A stretch of 64,000 nucleotides of DNA from a virus (taxonomy: Duplodnaviria; Caudoviricetes), in IMG/VR virus record IMGVR_UViG_3300031993_000033, positions 32,001 to 96,000 of that record; one strand, 5' to 3'. Of the stretch, positions 10,719 through 19,635 are shown piece by piece; the first letter of the stretch is position 1, and each line of letters begins with the position of its first letter. The notes below the pieces were generated by a model that had not been told where the DNA came from, ran no database searches, and worked only from the letters and a program-made list of their open reading frames with translations. The position numbers and the translations under genes were made by a program.

Positions 10719-10731
10719 AGGAGGTTTAATT

Positions 10732-11019
10732 ATGAATAGACGTGAAATGTTAAACTGGATTAAATCAGAAATTTGTCCTAAACTTGACTTGAGTCAAGAG
10801 CTTGACATAAAATGTATACTTGACGTTGTGGGAAAATTCCGCATAAATCAGCACTACAAAACAGATACACCAATGACCGCAGCCGTTAATGAATATGGTC
10901 ATTTGTTTATCAATGGTATTCACGCCGGACAGATCACAAATAAAATACCTTTTGGAAATTTTGACGAGGAAGGTTATTTCTACGAAGGAAAAATATTAGC
11001 AAGATCAGAAGTCGAATAA
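10732..11019 (+). CDS. hypothetical early protein
   Basis: AAGGAGG SD before ATG 10732. Confidence 0.7.
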   Translation: MNRREMLNWIKSEICPKLDLSQELDIKCILDVVGKFRINQHYKTDTPMTAAVNEYGHLFINGIHAGQITNKIPFGNFDEEGYFYEGKILARSEVE

Positions 11020-11109
11020 ACCTATATACTATGGGCTTGACGGAAATTCAAGCCTATAAATATAAGCTTATTTACCACATAAAACACATATTCTAAAGGA
11101 GGAAAAATT

Positions 11110-11562
11110 ATGAAAACAATGTCAATCTTTTTGGCAATAGCTTTAACGTCAAGTCCTATGCCAGCGGAAAATTATTATTCCTCTACTTCTCCTGAAGTAG
11201 CAACTGAGATTATAGAGCTTGTTATTAATGGAGAATATAGGGAATATTTAGACTTTAATGGTGACGGAAATTTAAACATTGCCGACGTTGTAGGCGTAAG
11301 CAAGCGTTATTCTGATAACTGTAAATACGGCAATGAGATAACATTAACAAGTGATACAGTGTACGATATTGCAACGGAAAATTATAGCGATGAGCTTATT
11401 TACTGGGAGATTGACCGCGTAAACGGAAATTTAACAAGACAGTACGAGCTTGTAGCAAGTGAGATTATGACAGCGGAAATTTACATGGAATTTGAAAACT
11501 ATTCAGAATGTATTACTGTTGAAGTCAATCCCTTTACGGAGACAATAACAGTAATTGATTAA
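11110..11562 (+). CDS. secreted protein with one dockerin/EF-hand-like repeat
   Basis: Signal-peptide-like N-terminus; DFNGDGNLNIADVV Ca-binding loop. Confidence 0.6.
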   Translation: MKTMSIFLAIALTSSPMPAENYYSSTSPEVATEIIELVINGEYREYLDFNGDGNLNIADVVGVSKRYSDNCKYGNEITLTSDTVYDIATENYSDELIYWEIDRVNGNLTRQYELVASEIMTAEIYMEFENYSECITVEVNPFTETITVID

Positions 11563-11740
11563 GGAGGCGTGATTATGTATTGCACATTTAATGGAAAAAT
11601 CTGCTTAATGATGTGGGATATACAAGCGGAAAAATACGTTTATATTCCTGAGTCAGTGTGGTATAGCTTTACAGAAAAAGCAAGATCACGCTATACAGAA
11701 GAACGCACAAATTAAATGATTATAATATATCGGAAAGTTG

Positions 11741-11769
11741 TTGACAAAGTAACAAATGTGTGGTATACT
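11741..11769 (+). promoter_or_regulatory. sigma-A-type promoter
   Basis: TTGACA-N17-TATACT, extended -10. Confidence 0.75.
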
Positions 11770-11851
11770 ATAATCACAGGGAAAATCCCTGAATAGTTAT
11801 ACCCTAACAAGTAAACAAATGAAAAGTGTATTTTAACAGGAGGTCACGATT

Positions 11852-12337
11852 ATGAAAAGAACGTTTAATTTTGGAAAAATAGCCGCTTATGGTACAAGAA
11901 AAATCAATGCTGTTGATATTACCATTGAATTAACGGAAAAAGATGGTAAAAAGGTATTTTCAGCAAGCGGAAATGTATGGAATGCAAGGCATACAGATAT
12001 TATTAGAGGCGGTCAGTGTTTAGATTATATAGCAACAACAGCAAAAGGGCATAATCCTACATTTAAAAAAATATATAGACTTTGGAAAAATTACCACTTA
12101 AATGATATGCACGCAGGTACAAGAGAACAGGAAAATGCACTTAATGAGGCTGTAAAAGCTGGAAAAATTCAGAGCCGATCAGCAAATAACTATACCGAGT
12201 GTTGTGAATATCTAAAATCAATTGGATTATATGAAGTTGAGTTTAACGGAAAAATGTATAAATATGGTCATGGTTGGCTGTATTGGGAAATTCCTACAGA
12301 GGATATAGCAGCCATTGAAGCGTTAATAAAAGAGTGA
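11852..12337 (+). CDS. hypothetical protein
   Basis: AGGAGG SD; W..YHLNDMHAG motif typical of phage early hypotheticals. Confidence 0.75.
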   Translation: MKRTFNFGKIAAYGTRKINAVDITIELTEKDGKKVFSASGNVWNARHTDIIRGGQCLDYIATTAKGHNPTFKKIYRLWKNYHLNDMHAGTREQENALNEAVKAGKIQSRSANNYTECCEYLKSIGLYEVEFNGKMYKYGHGWLYWEIPTEDIAAIEALIKE

Positions 12338-12433
12338 TTCTATCATACGGAAAAAGCTTGACGGGTAGCTTACAATACCCGTCACCATAGACAATAAACC
12401 ATAAACCAACGGAAAATTAAGGAGGTCAAAACT

Positions 12434-12721
12434 ATGAATGAACAGGCTATTATTGACAAGGTAAACAAGATCGTTTCGGAAATTCGCAAAGAATATACCG
12501 AGTACAAAGGACAGTATTATTTACTTACTCATGTTATCAATCTTGAATTTCTTATGGGCAAATACTTTGCACTCATGGAAATTTTACTGAATAACATCGG
12601 AGAAAATCCGCTGAATCCTTTTGACAATGCGTATTGCACAGAGTACGAAAAGAATAAGGCTTTTATTGAAGCCGTTACAACACATATTGACGGTATGTAT
12701 AAGAAGCTGAAGGAGGTTTAA
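12434..12721 (+). CDS. hypothetical protein
   Basis: AAGGAGG SD. Confidence 0.7.
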   Translation: MNEQAIIDKVNKIVSEIRKEYTEYKGQYYLLTHVINLEFLMGKYFALMEILLNNIGENPLNPFDNAYCTEYEKNKAFIEAVTTHIDGMYKKLKEV

Positions 12722-12723
12722 TT

Positions 12724-13044
12724 ATGGCAAATCAGATATTTGCAACACTTGACAAGTCGGAAAAATGGCTGGATAAACAGCGTGAAATTGACGGATATTC
12801 AGTTGACGGATTTACAGTTATTCCTTGCTTTAGAGGAAAATCAGTTGAGATCACATTCTTTAGGTTTGTAAAGCCTTTAGGATATGAGAACAAATGCAGC
12901 TATGAGATACCGACGGAAATTCGATCACAGTGCTATATGAAAATCATTAGCAAGTTAAAGAGATGCAGTTTTGTTGACGGAAAAGTTATCATATCAATAA
13001 GCGGTCAGAAATACTGCATAGGAACGTACACAACGGAAATTTAA
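12724..13044 (+). CDS. hypothetical protein
   Basis: AGGAGG SD. Confidence 0.7.
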   Translation: MANQIFATLDKSEKWLDKQREIDGYSVDGFTVIPCFRGKSVEITFFRFVKPLGYENKCSYEIPTEIRSQCYMKIISKLKRCSFVDGKVIISISGQKYCIGTYTTEI

Positions 13045-13057
13045 GGAGGAAGGAAAA

Positions 13058-13312
13058 ATGAAATACTATGAAATTGAATTTGCTCATAGAGCAGAAATTG
13101 AGGATGAGAGCTTTATCGGTACACCCGATAGATATAGTATCTGTATCTTAGCGGAAAGAGAGCCTTCATATGAAGAAGCGGAAATTTTCTGCAAAGAGGA
13201 TATGAACAATTTAGGTTATGACATGGTAAGTGATGTGTTGGAAATTAGCAAGGAAGAAGCCTACAATTTCTTTGATATGGAAAATGCAGACAACTTTCCG
13301 ATATTCAAGTAA
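13058..13312 (+). CDS. acidic hypothetical protein
   Basis: AAGGAGG SD; D/E-rich. Confidence 0.7.
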   Translation: MKYYEIEFAHRAEIEDESFIGTPDRYSICILAEREPSYEEAEIFCKEDMNNLGYDMVSDVLEISKEEAYNFFDMENADNFPIFK

Positions 13313-13413
13313 ATAAAATGACTGTTTAAACGTGAGCCGAAGCGGTCAGAAATGACCGTTTCCACATACGCTTAAACGGAAAATCAAAACAGCCGAAAGG
13401 CAAGGAGGTCAAT

Positions 13414-13758
13414 ATGTTAGTATTCAATTTCAATCATACGGAAAAGCAGCTTGAATTAGCTTGCAATGAGTTTTCGGAAATTCAGCTTGTAGCGGACAAT
13501 GAAGTATGCAAGGGCTGGGATATGCGACTCGGACACAGTGAGTTGAATATCACAAAGTATGGAGACTTCTACCGTGTAGGTGACTGCTACAATGGAAAAA
13601 TCCTGAGATCATTCAAGTGTAGTTTTGACGGAAATATGATAACAATTTATTCCGCTAATGACAACGGCAGAGAGCTTAAAGCGGAAAAATATTTAAAGAA
13701 ATATGCACAGTGTGCAATGAGAGTATTTGCTCTTGTACAGTGTGGAAAAATTAATTGA
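13414..13758 (+). CDS. hypothetical protein
   Basis: AAGGAGG SD. Confidence 0.7.
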   Translation: MLVFNFNHTEKQLELACNEFSEIQLVADNEVCKGWDMRLGHSELNITKYGDFYRVGDCYNGKILRSFKCSFDGNMITIYSANDNGRELKAEKYLKKYAQCAMRVFALVQCGKIN

Positions 13759-13770
13759 GGAGGTTTAATC

Positions 13771-13983
13771 ATGTACGAATGCAATATCACTATAAAGCAG
13801 CCAACAGGGAAAGTCTCACAGAATAGAATAATGTCAAGGTTTGAGACAACACCTGAAATGATAGCGAGATCGGAAATGTGCTGGTATAGCACAGGAACAA
13901 TAATTGAAGTCAATGGAAAAGCCTTTAGGAAAATTCATGTTGATGATGCCGTTAAAGGCTATGCAGAGTTAGAGGAGGTTTAA
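13771..13983 (+). CDS. hypothetical protein
   Basis: GAGGAGG SD. Confidence 0.7.
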   Translation: MYECNITIKQPTGKVSQNRIMSRFETTPEMIARSEMCWYSTGTIIEVNGKAFRKIHVDDAVKGYAELEEV

Positions 13984-13985
13984 TT

Positions 13986-14360
13986 ATGGGATATGAGAGC
14001 AGAATAATTGTAGCAAAAAGGACTGTGTGGGAAGGATCAGGTCTTGTATGGTTTGAGAAGCTATCGGAAATGTGGTTAAGCAAAGTCGGTTATAACTTCC
14101 CTGAAATCTTCACTACGGAAATTGAATCCAATATCTATGGTGACGGTTTCAAGGAAAATTCAGAAGAAGAATATGAGCTGACCGAGGACAGATACGGAGA
14201 CATCTGCAAGTACACAGACATACAGACGGTCATTGACTGGCTGGAAAATGCAGAAGCAAAAAAGCATTACAGAAGGTTTACTCCTGCTATTGCAATGCTA
14301 AAGGCATATGCAGCGGAGAAATGGGAAGGCGATATAGTGGTGATCCACTATGGATATTAA
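13986..14360 (+). CDS. hypothetical protein
   Basis: GAGGAGG SD. Confidence 0.7.
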   Translation: MGYESRIIVAKRTVWEGSGLVWFEKLSEMWLSKVGYNFPEIFTTEIESNIYGDGFKENSEEEYELTEDRYGDICKYTDIQTVIDWLENAEAKKHYRRFTPAIAMLKAYAAEKWEGDIVVIHYGY

Positions 14361-14366
14361 GGAGGT

Positions 14367-14558
14367 TTGATTATGAACTTAGACGAAGCTATCAAATTAG
14401 TATTAAAAGGTAAAGCTATTAGAGCTAAAGAATGGGAAGAAGGTATGTACTTTAAGATTCGATGGCGTATGTTTGAGACTGAGGGCAGCGTAAGAAGTAA
14501 ACTTTGGAAATGGAAGGATTCAGAGTTTGAAGAAGTGCTGTTTGATTATACCGAATAA
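14367..14558 (+). CDS. hypothetical protein
   Basis: AAGGAGG SD; true start may be ATG 14373. Confidence 0.6.
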   Translation: MIMNLDEAIKLVLKGKAIRAKEWEEGMYFKIRWRMFETEGSVRSKLWKWKDSEFEEVLFDYTE

Positions 14559-14593
14559 AATAACACTTTCATTTAGCAGAGAGGAGTTTTAAT

Positions 14594-14908
14594 ATGCCTT
14601 ACAAATCGGAAAAACAAAAGCTTCCGCCTGAATTAGATCGCAGACGTAAGTTGAATGATGCACAGAAAGACGAGATAAAACATAAATACAGCACTGGACT
14701 TTACAGTCTTAACAGACTTGCTAAAGAGTATAATGTAAGTAAGAAAACAGTATTGCTTATTGTCAATCCTGAAAGCAAACGGAAAAATGATGAACGTATT
14801 AAAGAACATTGGCGTGATTATGTGCCTACAAAAGAAGAACATAATGCCATTATGAGAGAACACAGGGCATACAAACATAGAGTTTTAAAGGAGAAAAATT
14901 ATGTATAA
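14594..14908 (+). CDS. helix-turn-helix DNA-binding protein
   Basis: KL...Q..EI......SLNRLAKEYNVSKKTVLLIV HTH pattern. Confidence 0.7.
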   Translation: MPYKSEKQKLPPELDRRRKLNDAQKDEIKHKYSTGLYSLNRLAKEYNVSKKTVLLIVNPESKRKNDERIKEHWRDYVPTKEEHNAIMREHRAYKHRVLKEKNYV

Positions 14909-15052
14909 AGCAACAATAACTTATATGACAGGCAGAATGAGAGGTATGACGGTATATCGTCTAACTTCTGATAAATTTGAACGTGGAATGATGTATAACG
15001 ATTCGCTTACAAACAATCGGTTTTATGTTGATTACGTTACAAAGATAGGAGA

Positions 15053-15838
15053 ATGATTATTATGACAAAGGAAAAATATCTTACACTTATAAACAAGGCT
15101 ATTGAAAATCTGAAAGATAATGATGACAACTACGGACAGACACCGATAGACTTCATGAGGAAAAACGGAGTTAAGTCTACAGATAATATGACAATATTCC
15201 TTGACAGTGTAGGAGCTTACCTTGAGGAAATCAGGTGCGGACTTCTCGCAGACATGGAAGCAGAAGAAGCAAAGAAGAACGGAAAATCAAGCGTGTTATC
15301 TACTATCAAGAAGTTATGCAACGACAATTACAAGACACAACAAAGTGTAAGACCACAACTTGCATATGCGAATTATGACGAAGCGGAAAAGAAGTATATT
15401 ACGGTTAGCGGTTATTGGCTCATTATGTCGGAAAATCCTGCTGGTATGGTGGAGATGCCTGAGAACGTCAAGAAGGATATAAAAGAACCTTTAAAGTATA
15501 GACAGTGGATTCCTAACAAGTATGAGATGCACAAAGTTGAACTGCCGACACGGGCAAAGATCAGCACTTACTTGAAGGCTCGTAAAGCCACAAGGAATAA
15601 GCACGACAAAACATGGGACAGGCTTGTATTTGAGGACTTTGCCGTTAAGGGAGAATGGCTCGAAGCAGCTATGAAGATAACAGGCTCATCGGAAATTTAT
15701 GTCAAGGACAGTATTCACGCTCTGCTTATGGAAGGCAATGGCTACACTATGGTGCTTATGCCCATAAAGAATAAAGAGACAGACAAGAATACTGGCGAGG
15801 AAAAGCATATGCCGATTACAAATTTTGAGGTGGTATAA
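15053..15838 (+). CDS. hypothetical protein
   Basis: Long ORF with GGAG SD. Confidence 0.75.
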   Translation: MIIMTKEKYLTLINKAIENLKDNDDNYGQTPIDFMRKNGVKSTDNMTIFLDSVGAYLEEIRCGLLADMEAEEAKKNGKSSVLSTIKKLCNDNYKTQQSVRPQLAYANYDEAEKKYITVSGYWLIMSENPAGMVEMPENVKKDIKEPLKYRQWIPNKYEMHKVELPTRAKISTYLKARKATRNKHDKTWDRLVFEDFAVKGEWLEAAMKITGSSEIYVKDSIHALLMEGNGYTMVLMPIKNKETDKNTGEEKHMPITNFEVV

Positions 15839-15839
15839 T

Positions 15840-16121
15840 ATGAACACTCTTACACTTGCAATTGCACTATCGGAAAAATTATACAAGTCACATATTAAAG
15901 TGCTTAAATACTTTTTGGAAAATCCAATCTTTGAAGGCTCGTACAGAGAGCTTTCAAGTATGCTATACGGCAAACCTAATCTGCAAAGCAACGCTCGGAA
16001 ATTCGTCAATGAGCTTGCGGATATGGGAGTGCTTATGGTGGAAATTAATAATGACTGCCCATCAAGAGATCAGAACAGGACGTATATACAGTTAAATCCG
16101 AATTGGTTACAGGCTTTATGA
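15840..16121 (+). CDS. putative winged-helix DNA-binding protein
   Basis: SYRELS...NARKFVNELADMGVL wHTH-like pattern. Confidence 0.5.
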   Translation: MNTLTLAIALSEKLYKSHIKVLKYFLENPIFEGSYRELSSMLYGKPNLQSNARKFVNELADMGVLMVEINNDCPSRDQNRTYIQLNPNWLQAL

Positions 16122-16127
16122 GGAGGG

Positions 16128-16349
16128 ATGATTATGTCTACACCGGAAACTATAGAAGAAATGAGGCGACGCAGAGAGTATGCTGAAAAAGCAAATGAAA
16201 ATCTGCGCAGGTGTAAGTGTTGTAATGTTTGTCGCAATGCAGAAACTGGCTTTAGTGACGAGGCAATTCCATATTATCAGGTGATATGCAAGATTACAGG
16301 GGAAAATCGCAAGGGACGTTCAGGATTTATGTGTCCGCATTGGAAGTGA
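16128..16349 (+). CDS. Cys-rich hypothetical protein
   Basis: ORF with GAGGAGG SD. Confidence 0.6.
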   Translation: MIMSTPETIEEMRRRREYAEKANENLRRCKCCNVCRNAETGFSDEAIPYYQVICKITGENRKGRSGFMCPHWK

Positions 16350-16359
16350 GGAGAAGAAA

Positions 16360-16542
16360 ATGAGAGTTATTATTGATGGAAAAACATATCGCTTAAAAGA
16401 TGGCGTTAAGATACGCTTACAGGGTATTGCATTACTGACACTTGGTATGTTATGCCATAAAGTAAATGCAGACGGAGCAGCGGTATTTATGTGGCTTTTA
16501 GGTGTGACAATGCTGTTTGGAAAAATTGATAGTAAACGCTAA
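16360..16542 (+). CDS. small membrane protein
   Basis: Two hydrophobic segments, GAGGAG SD. Confidence 0.6.
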   Translation: MRVIIDGKTYRLKDGVKIRLQGIALLTLGMLCHKVNADGAAVFMWLLGVTMLFGKIDSKR

Positions 16543-16552
16543 CAATTTATTC

Positions 16553-16581
16553 TTGACAATTGGAAATTTGCGTGACATAAT
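16553..16581 (+). promoter_or_regulatory. sigma-A-type promoter for the recombinase gene
   Basis: TTGACA-N17-CATAAT with TG extension. Confidence 0.6.
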
Positions 16582-16596
16582 ATTAGCATAAGGAGG

Positions 16597-17601
16597 TTGA
16601 TGACCATGTTGGGAAATTTAAAAGAAACTTGTAGAGTAATTGACATCTCACAGAGACAACAGTCGGAAAATTCTTTTGACTTTGATTTTGACAGCCTTAT
16701 TCCAGACGTAGAACAACTCACTCCCGAAGAAGAACAGGCGATAGCCGAAGCCGAGTCAAAACTCAAAGAACGTCAGGGCTTTGACTGTATGCCGATTGGA
16801 ATATTGAATGAGCTTCTGAGATATTTTCTTGACAGGCGTGACTTTCGATCTGTATTCTGGATTGTCTTACAGGCAAATACTGGACTGAGATATTCCGATG
16901 TTATCAAATATCGGCGCATTGATTTGTTGAATGAGCATAATAAATTCAGAGAGTCCATTCTTGAACAAGAACGGAAAACTGGTAAGCAGAGAGTCAACTT
17001 TATAAATGATGCTATCAAAATAGCTACACTAATGCTCATATGGGAAAATCCCAGTATAAAGCCTTTAGACTTGATGATTAGCTCTGAATACAATGATAAG
17101 GCTCACAACAAAGGCTATGAAAAAGAAACTTATATCAACGCCAATGGCGAAGAACGTTGTTTGAGAGTGAACGGAAAATACGTTTATAAGCTCGATGAAA
17201 ACGGAAACAAAATTCCGAAGGCTCTTGGTCGCAGTCGCAGTTGTACTATAATGCGCGATGCTATGGTAGAAGGACTTGGTATATGCCTTAAAAATGATGG
17301 TCGCACTAAGAACAATGACGGAGCTTATTTGAAGCTGGCAAGTCATTCCATTAGAAAAGCATACTCCGCTGGTGTTGTAGAGCAGTTTGAAAAGATGTTT
17401 GACAGCAATGAGGCTTACGCACACGCAGCGGCAATGGAACAGTTGCAGTACGATCTTAACCATTCAAGCAGATCTATGACTTATCATTATATAGGCGATT
17501 ATGCCGAGACAAAACGCAAAACAAACATGAATATGAATCTTGGTTTGGAAATTTTGAAGCCATATTTTGAGGCGGAACGAAAAAGATATTTAGAGAGGTG
17601 A
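16597..17601 (+). CDS. tyrosine recombinase (XerC/D/integrase family)
   Basis: Catalytic set: TGLRYSD (R), ERKTGK (K), SHSIRK (HxxR), LNHSS (H), TYHYIG (Y). Confidence 0.9.
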   Translation: MMTMLGNLKETCRVIDISQRQQSENSFDFDFDSLIPDVEQLTPEEEQAIAEAESKLKERQGFDCMPIGILNELLRYFLDRRDFRSVFWIVLQANTGLRYSDVIKYRRIDLLNEHNKFRESILEQERKTGKQRVNFINDAIKIATLMLIWENPSIKPLDLMISSEYNDKAHNKGYEKETYINANGEERCLRVNGKYVYKLDENGNKIPKALGRSRSCTIMRDAMVEGLGICLKNDGRTKNNDGAYLKLASHSIRKAYSAGVVEQFEKMFDSNEAYAHAAAMEQLQYDLNHSSRSMTYHYIGDYAETKRKTNMNMNLGLEILKPYFEAERKRYLER

Positions 17602-17605
17602 GAAT

Positions 17606-18115
17606 ATGGGAACTACATCATATAAAAAGGCTCATATGAGCGAAGCGATAACAATTCCGGTATCGGAAATTCAGCTTACAGAAGCGGTGCATATTGCCGG
17701 AAATCCACACTACACCTGTGTTGGAAAATCCAGCGAGGACTGTTGCGTGATTGTACGCAGAAAGCGCGGCGGCTATGCGCTTGTGAGTGGCTGGGCTGAC
17801 TATCGGGAGTGTATTATGCAAGGCTATGGTGCTGTAAAGGCTATCGTGATGAATACGAAACGTGGAAATTTCATGAGGCAGTATGGCGACACATATCTGC
17901 CCCTATCGGAAATTTATGTGCCGGAGCATTTTGCGAAGTCTACTCCTCGTGATTGGAAAATCCAAAGAGTAAAACACAGACTCGGAGATAAGAAGAAACT
18001 GGATAAGCCGATAACTATTAATCAGGAACGCTATATCGTAGACGGTTACACACGGTATCTTGTTGCAAGGGAAATCGGTATGCGGTATGTGCCTGTAAGG
18101 CGGATAAATGATTAA
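17606..18115 (+). CDS. ParB/Srx-like domain protein
   Basis: KPITINQERYIVDGYTRYLVA ParB-N motif. Confidence 0.65.
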   Translation: MGTTSYKKAHMSEAITIPVSEIQLTEAVHIAGNPHYTCVGKSSEDCCVIVRRKRGGYALVSGWADYRECIMQGYGAVKAIVMNTKRGNFMRQYGDTYLPLSEIYVPEHFAKSTPRDWKIQRVKHRLGDKKKLDKPITINQERYIVDGYTRYLVAREIGMRYVPVRRIND

Positions 18116-18140
18116 AAGATAAAAATATATCGGAAAAGTA

Positions 18141-18169
18141 TTGACAATTGCAATAGGAAGCAGTATAAT
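18141..18169 (+). promoter_or_regulatory. sigma-A-type promoter upstream of the tRNA cluster
   Basis: TTGACA-N17-TATAAT perfect consensus. Confidence 0.8.
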
Positions 18170-18211
18170 AGATAACAGAGGGGAACGGAAAATTCCCTCT
18201 GGAAGAAATAT

Positions 18212-18286
18212 TGGGGATTCGCCAAGTGGTGAAGGCACAGGACTTTGACTCCTGCATCGTGGTTTCGAGTACCACATCCCCAACCA
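18212..18286 (+). tRNA. tRNA-Gln (TTG)
   Basis: TGGGGAT/ATCCCCA acceptor, CAGGA-CTTTGAC-TCCTG anticodon arm, TTCGAGT T-loop, encoded CCA. Confidence 0.9.
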
Positions 18287-18514
18287 ACGGTTTCATTTCA
18301 TTTGTATGTCCTTTCAAGCCCTGTGGCGAGGCTCTAAACCGCCACAAATATGGGAGCAAACCCGATTGATAAGCAGGCGCAATGCTGCTTTTGTTCCACA
18401 CTTCGCTTTTAATCATCGTAAGGGTGGTAGCCAGTCCACCCTCTCCCACCAAAATCTACGCTATACCTTGTGTATAGTTGACCTCCTAACGCCCGTCATC
18501 GTGGCGGGCAATAT

Positions 18515-18600
18515 GGACTTGTGGCGAAATTGGTAAACGCACTTGGTTCAAACCCAAGCGGTCTTAGACCTTGCAGATTCGAGTTCTGTCAAGTCCACCA
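18515..18600 (+). tRNA. tRNA-Leu (CAA)
   Basis: GGACTTG/CAAGTCC acceptor, CTTGG-TTCAAAC-CCAAG anticodon arm, long variable arm, encoded CCA. Confidence 0.88.
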
Positions 18601-18602
18601 TA

Positions 18603-18687
18603 GGCAAGGGAGATAAAGTAGGTAAGTATCTATGGGTTTAAGCGTAGCACCTATGGAGATCGGTTCAAATCCGGTATCAACCTTGCC
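18603..18687 (+). ncRNA. tRNA-like element or pseudo-tRNA
   Basis: GGCAAGG/CCTTGCC terminal stem, D-like and GGTTCAAATCC T-like arms, but 11-nt central loop and no CCA. Confidence 0.45.
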
Positions 18688-18820
18688 GTTATAATCAAGA
18701 TATTGTGTTTTAAAGGCTAAAAATGCGGATAAAGCACAATATCTTGTGTTTTACGGTCTGAAAATGTGTGTAAGATACAAGATATTGTACGATAGAACTA
18801 ATATTCTATGAGGTGATGAT

Positions 18821-19201
18821 ATGGACGTAAAGATTACTGAACGTGGCTGGGCTGGGCATTTTTGTTGTAGTAAGTCTTGCTTGTTTAGACGTAATACATT
18901 GTTGGAGTATGGCGATAAAAAGTGGATTGTGTCTACTGTTGGCAATATGATTGACACACTTACTGGTAAATTAACAACCGTAGGATATGAAAGATGGTAC
19001 GAAACTATGGCGTTTGAAGCAACAGAAAGTGATGGATATATCGAAGCCGATGTTAGTAAGGATATATACTTTAATTCCGAGTGCGGACTATATGCTAAAA
19101 CAGCAAGAGAACTGCATGAAAAATATCCTTGTGTAGATAACGTTGCTAATGATATGCACGAGGCTGTTGTGTCTGAGTTAGCTGAAAAAATTAAGGAGTG
19201 A
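18821..19201 (+). CDS. hypothetical protein
   Basis: GAGGTG SD; ERGWAGHF..CLFRRNTLL. Confidence 0.75.
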   Translation: MDVKITERGWAGHFCCSKSCLFRRNTLLEYGDKKWIVSTVGNMIDTLTGKLTTVGYERWYETMAFEATESDGYIEADVSKDIYFNSECGLYAKTARELHEKYPCVDNVANDMHEAVVSELAEKIKE

Positions 19202-19206
19202 TAACA

Positions 19207-19635
19207 ATGCGCTTGTGGAGTTACCAACTTTTGCCTTATCTGCCTCGACAGCAATTATTGTCTCAATGGAGAGAGTGCTGTTGCATAGCAAAGAGCATAG
19301 CAGAAAAGGGTACGCCTAATCACATACTGGTAAATAAGATTATGGATTATTCGATAGATCACTTTGTAGAGTATTGTTACAACGTCTGCATAGAGATGGA
19401 ATATAGAGGCTACAGATGTGACTTCTCACGGCTTGACCGATACCTTGAGACAATGAACAGTGTACCACTGAGAAATGGAGAACAGATATTCCCTGATTGG
19501 CATAATGACATTTATCTCAGAGAGTGTTTGTATAATTTGGAAGAAAAATTTAGAGCTAATGGTATTCCTGCTGACGAATGGCAGAGGATATACGATAGGT
19601 TTAAGGACTTTACACCGCTATGGGAGGGTAAATAA
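19207..19635 (+). CDS. pyrimidine-dimer DNA glycosylase / endonuclease V-like protein
   Basis: MRLW....LP.LPRQQLLSQWREC N-terminus characteristic of this family. Confidence 0.75.
   Translation: MRLWSYQLLPYLPRQQLLSQWRECCCIAKSIAEKGTPNHILVNKIMDYSIDHFVEYCYNVCIEMEYRGYRCDFSRLDRYLETMNSVPLRNGEQIFPDWHNDIYLRECLYNLEEKFRANGIPADEWQRIYDRFKDFTPLWEGK

Noticed and set aside
18018-18536. ORFs across the tRNA region
   Set aside because: Overlap the promoter, tRNA genes and hairpins
18212-18600. tRNAs as prophage attachment site
   Set aside because: Phage-type genes continue on both sides and no duplicated tRNA 3' end was seen
18515-18600. Suppressor or selenocysteine tRNA (TCA) and genetic-code reassignment
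   Set aside because: The 7-nt loop TTCAAAC centres on CAA (Leu); long genes read normally in code 11
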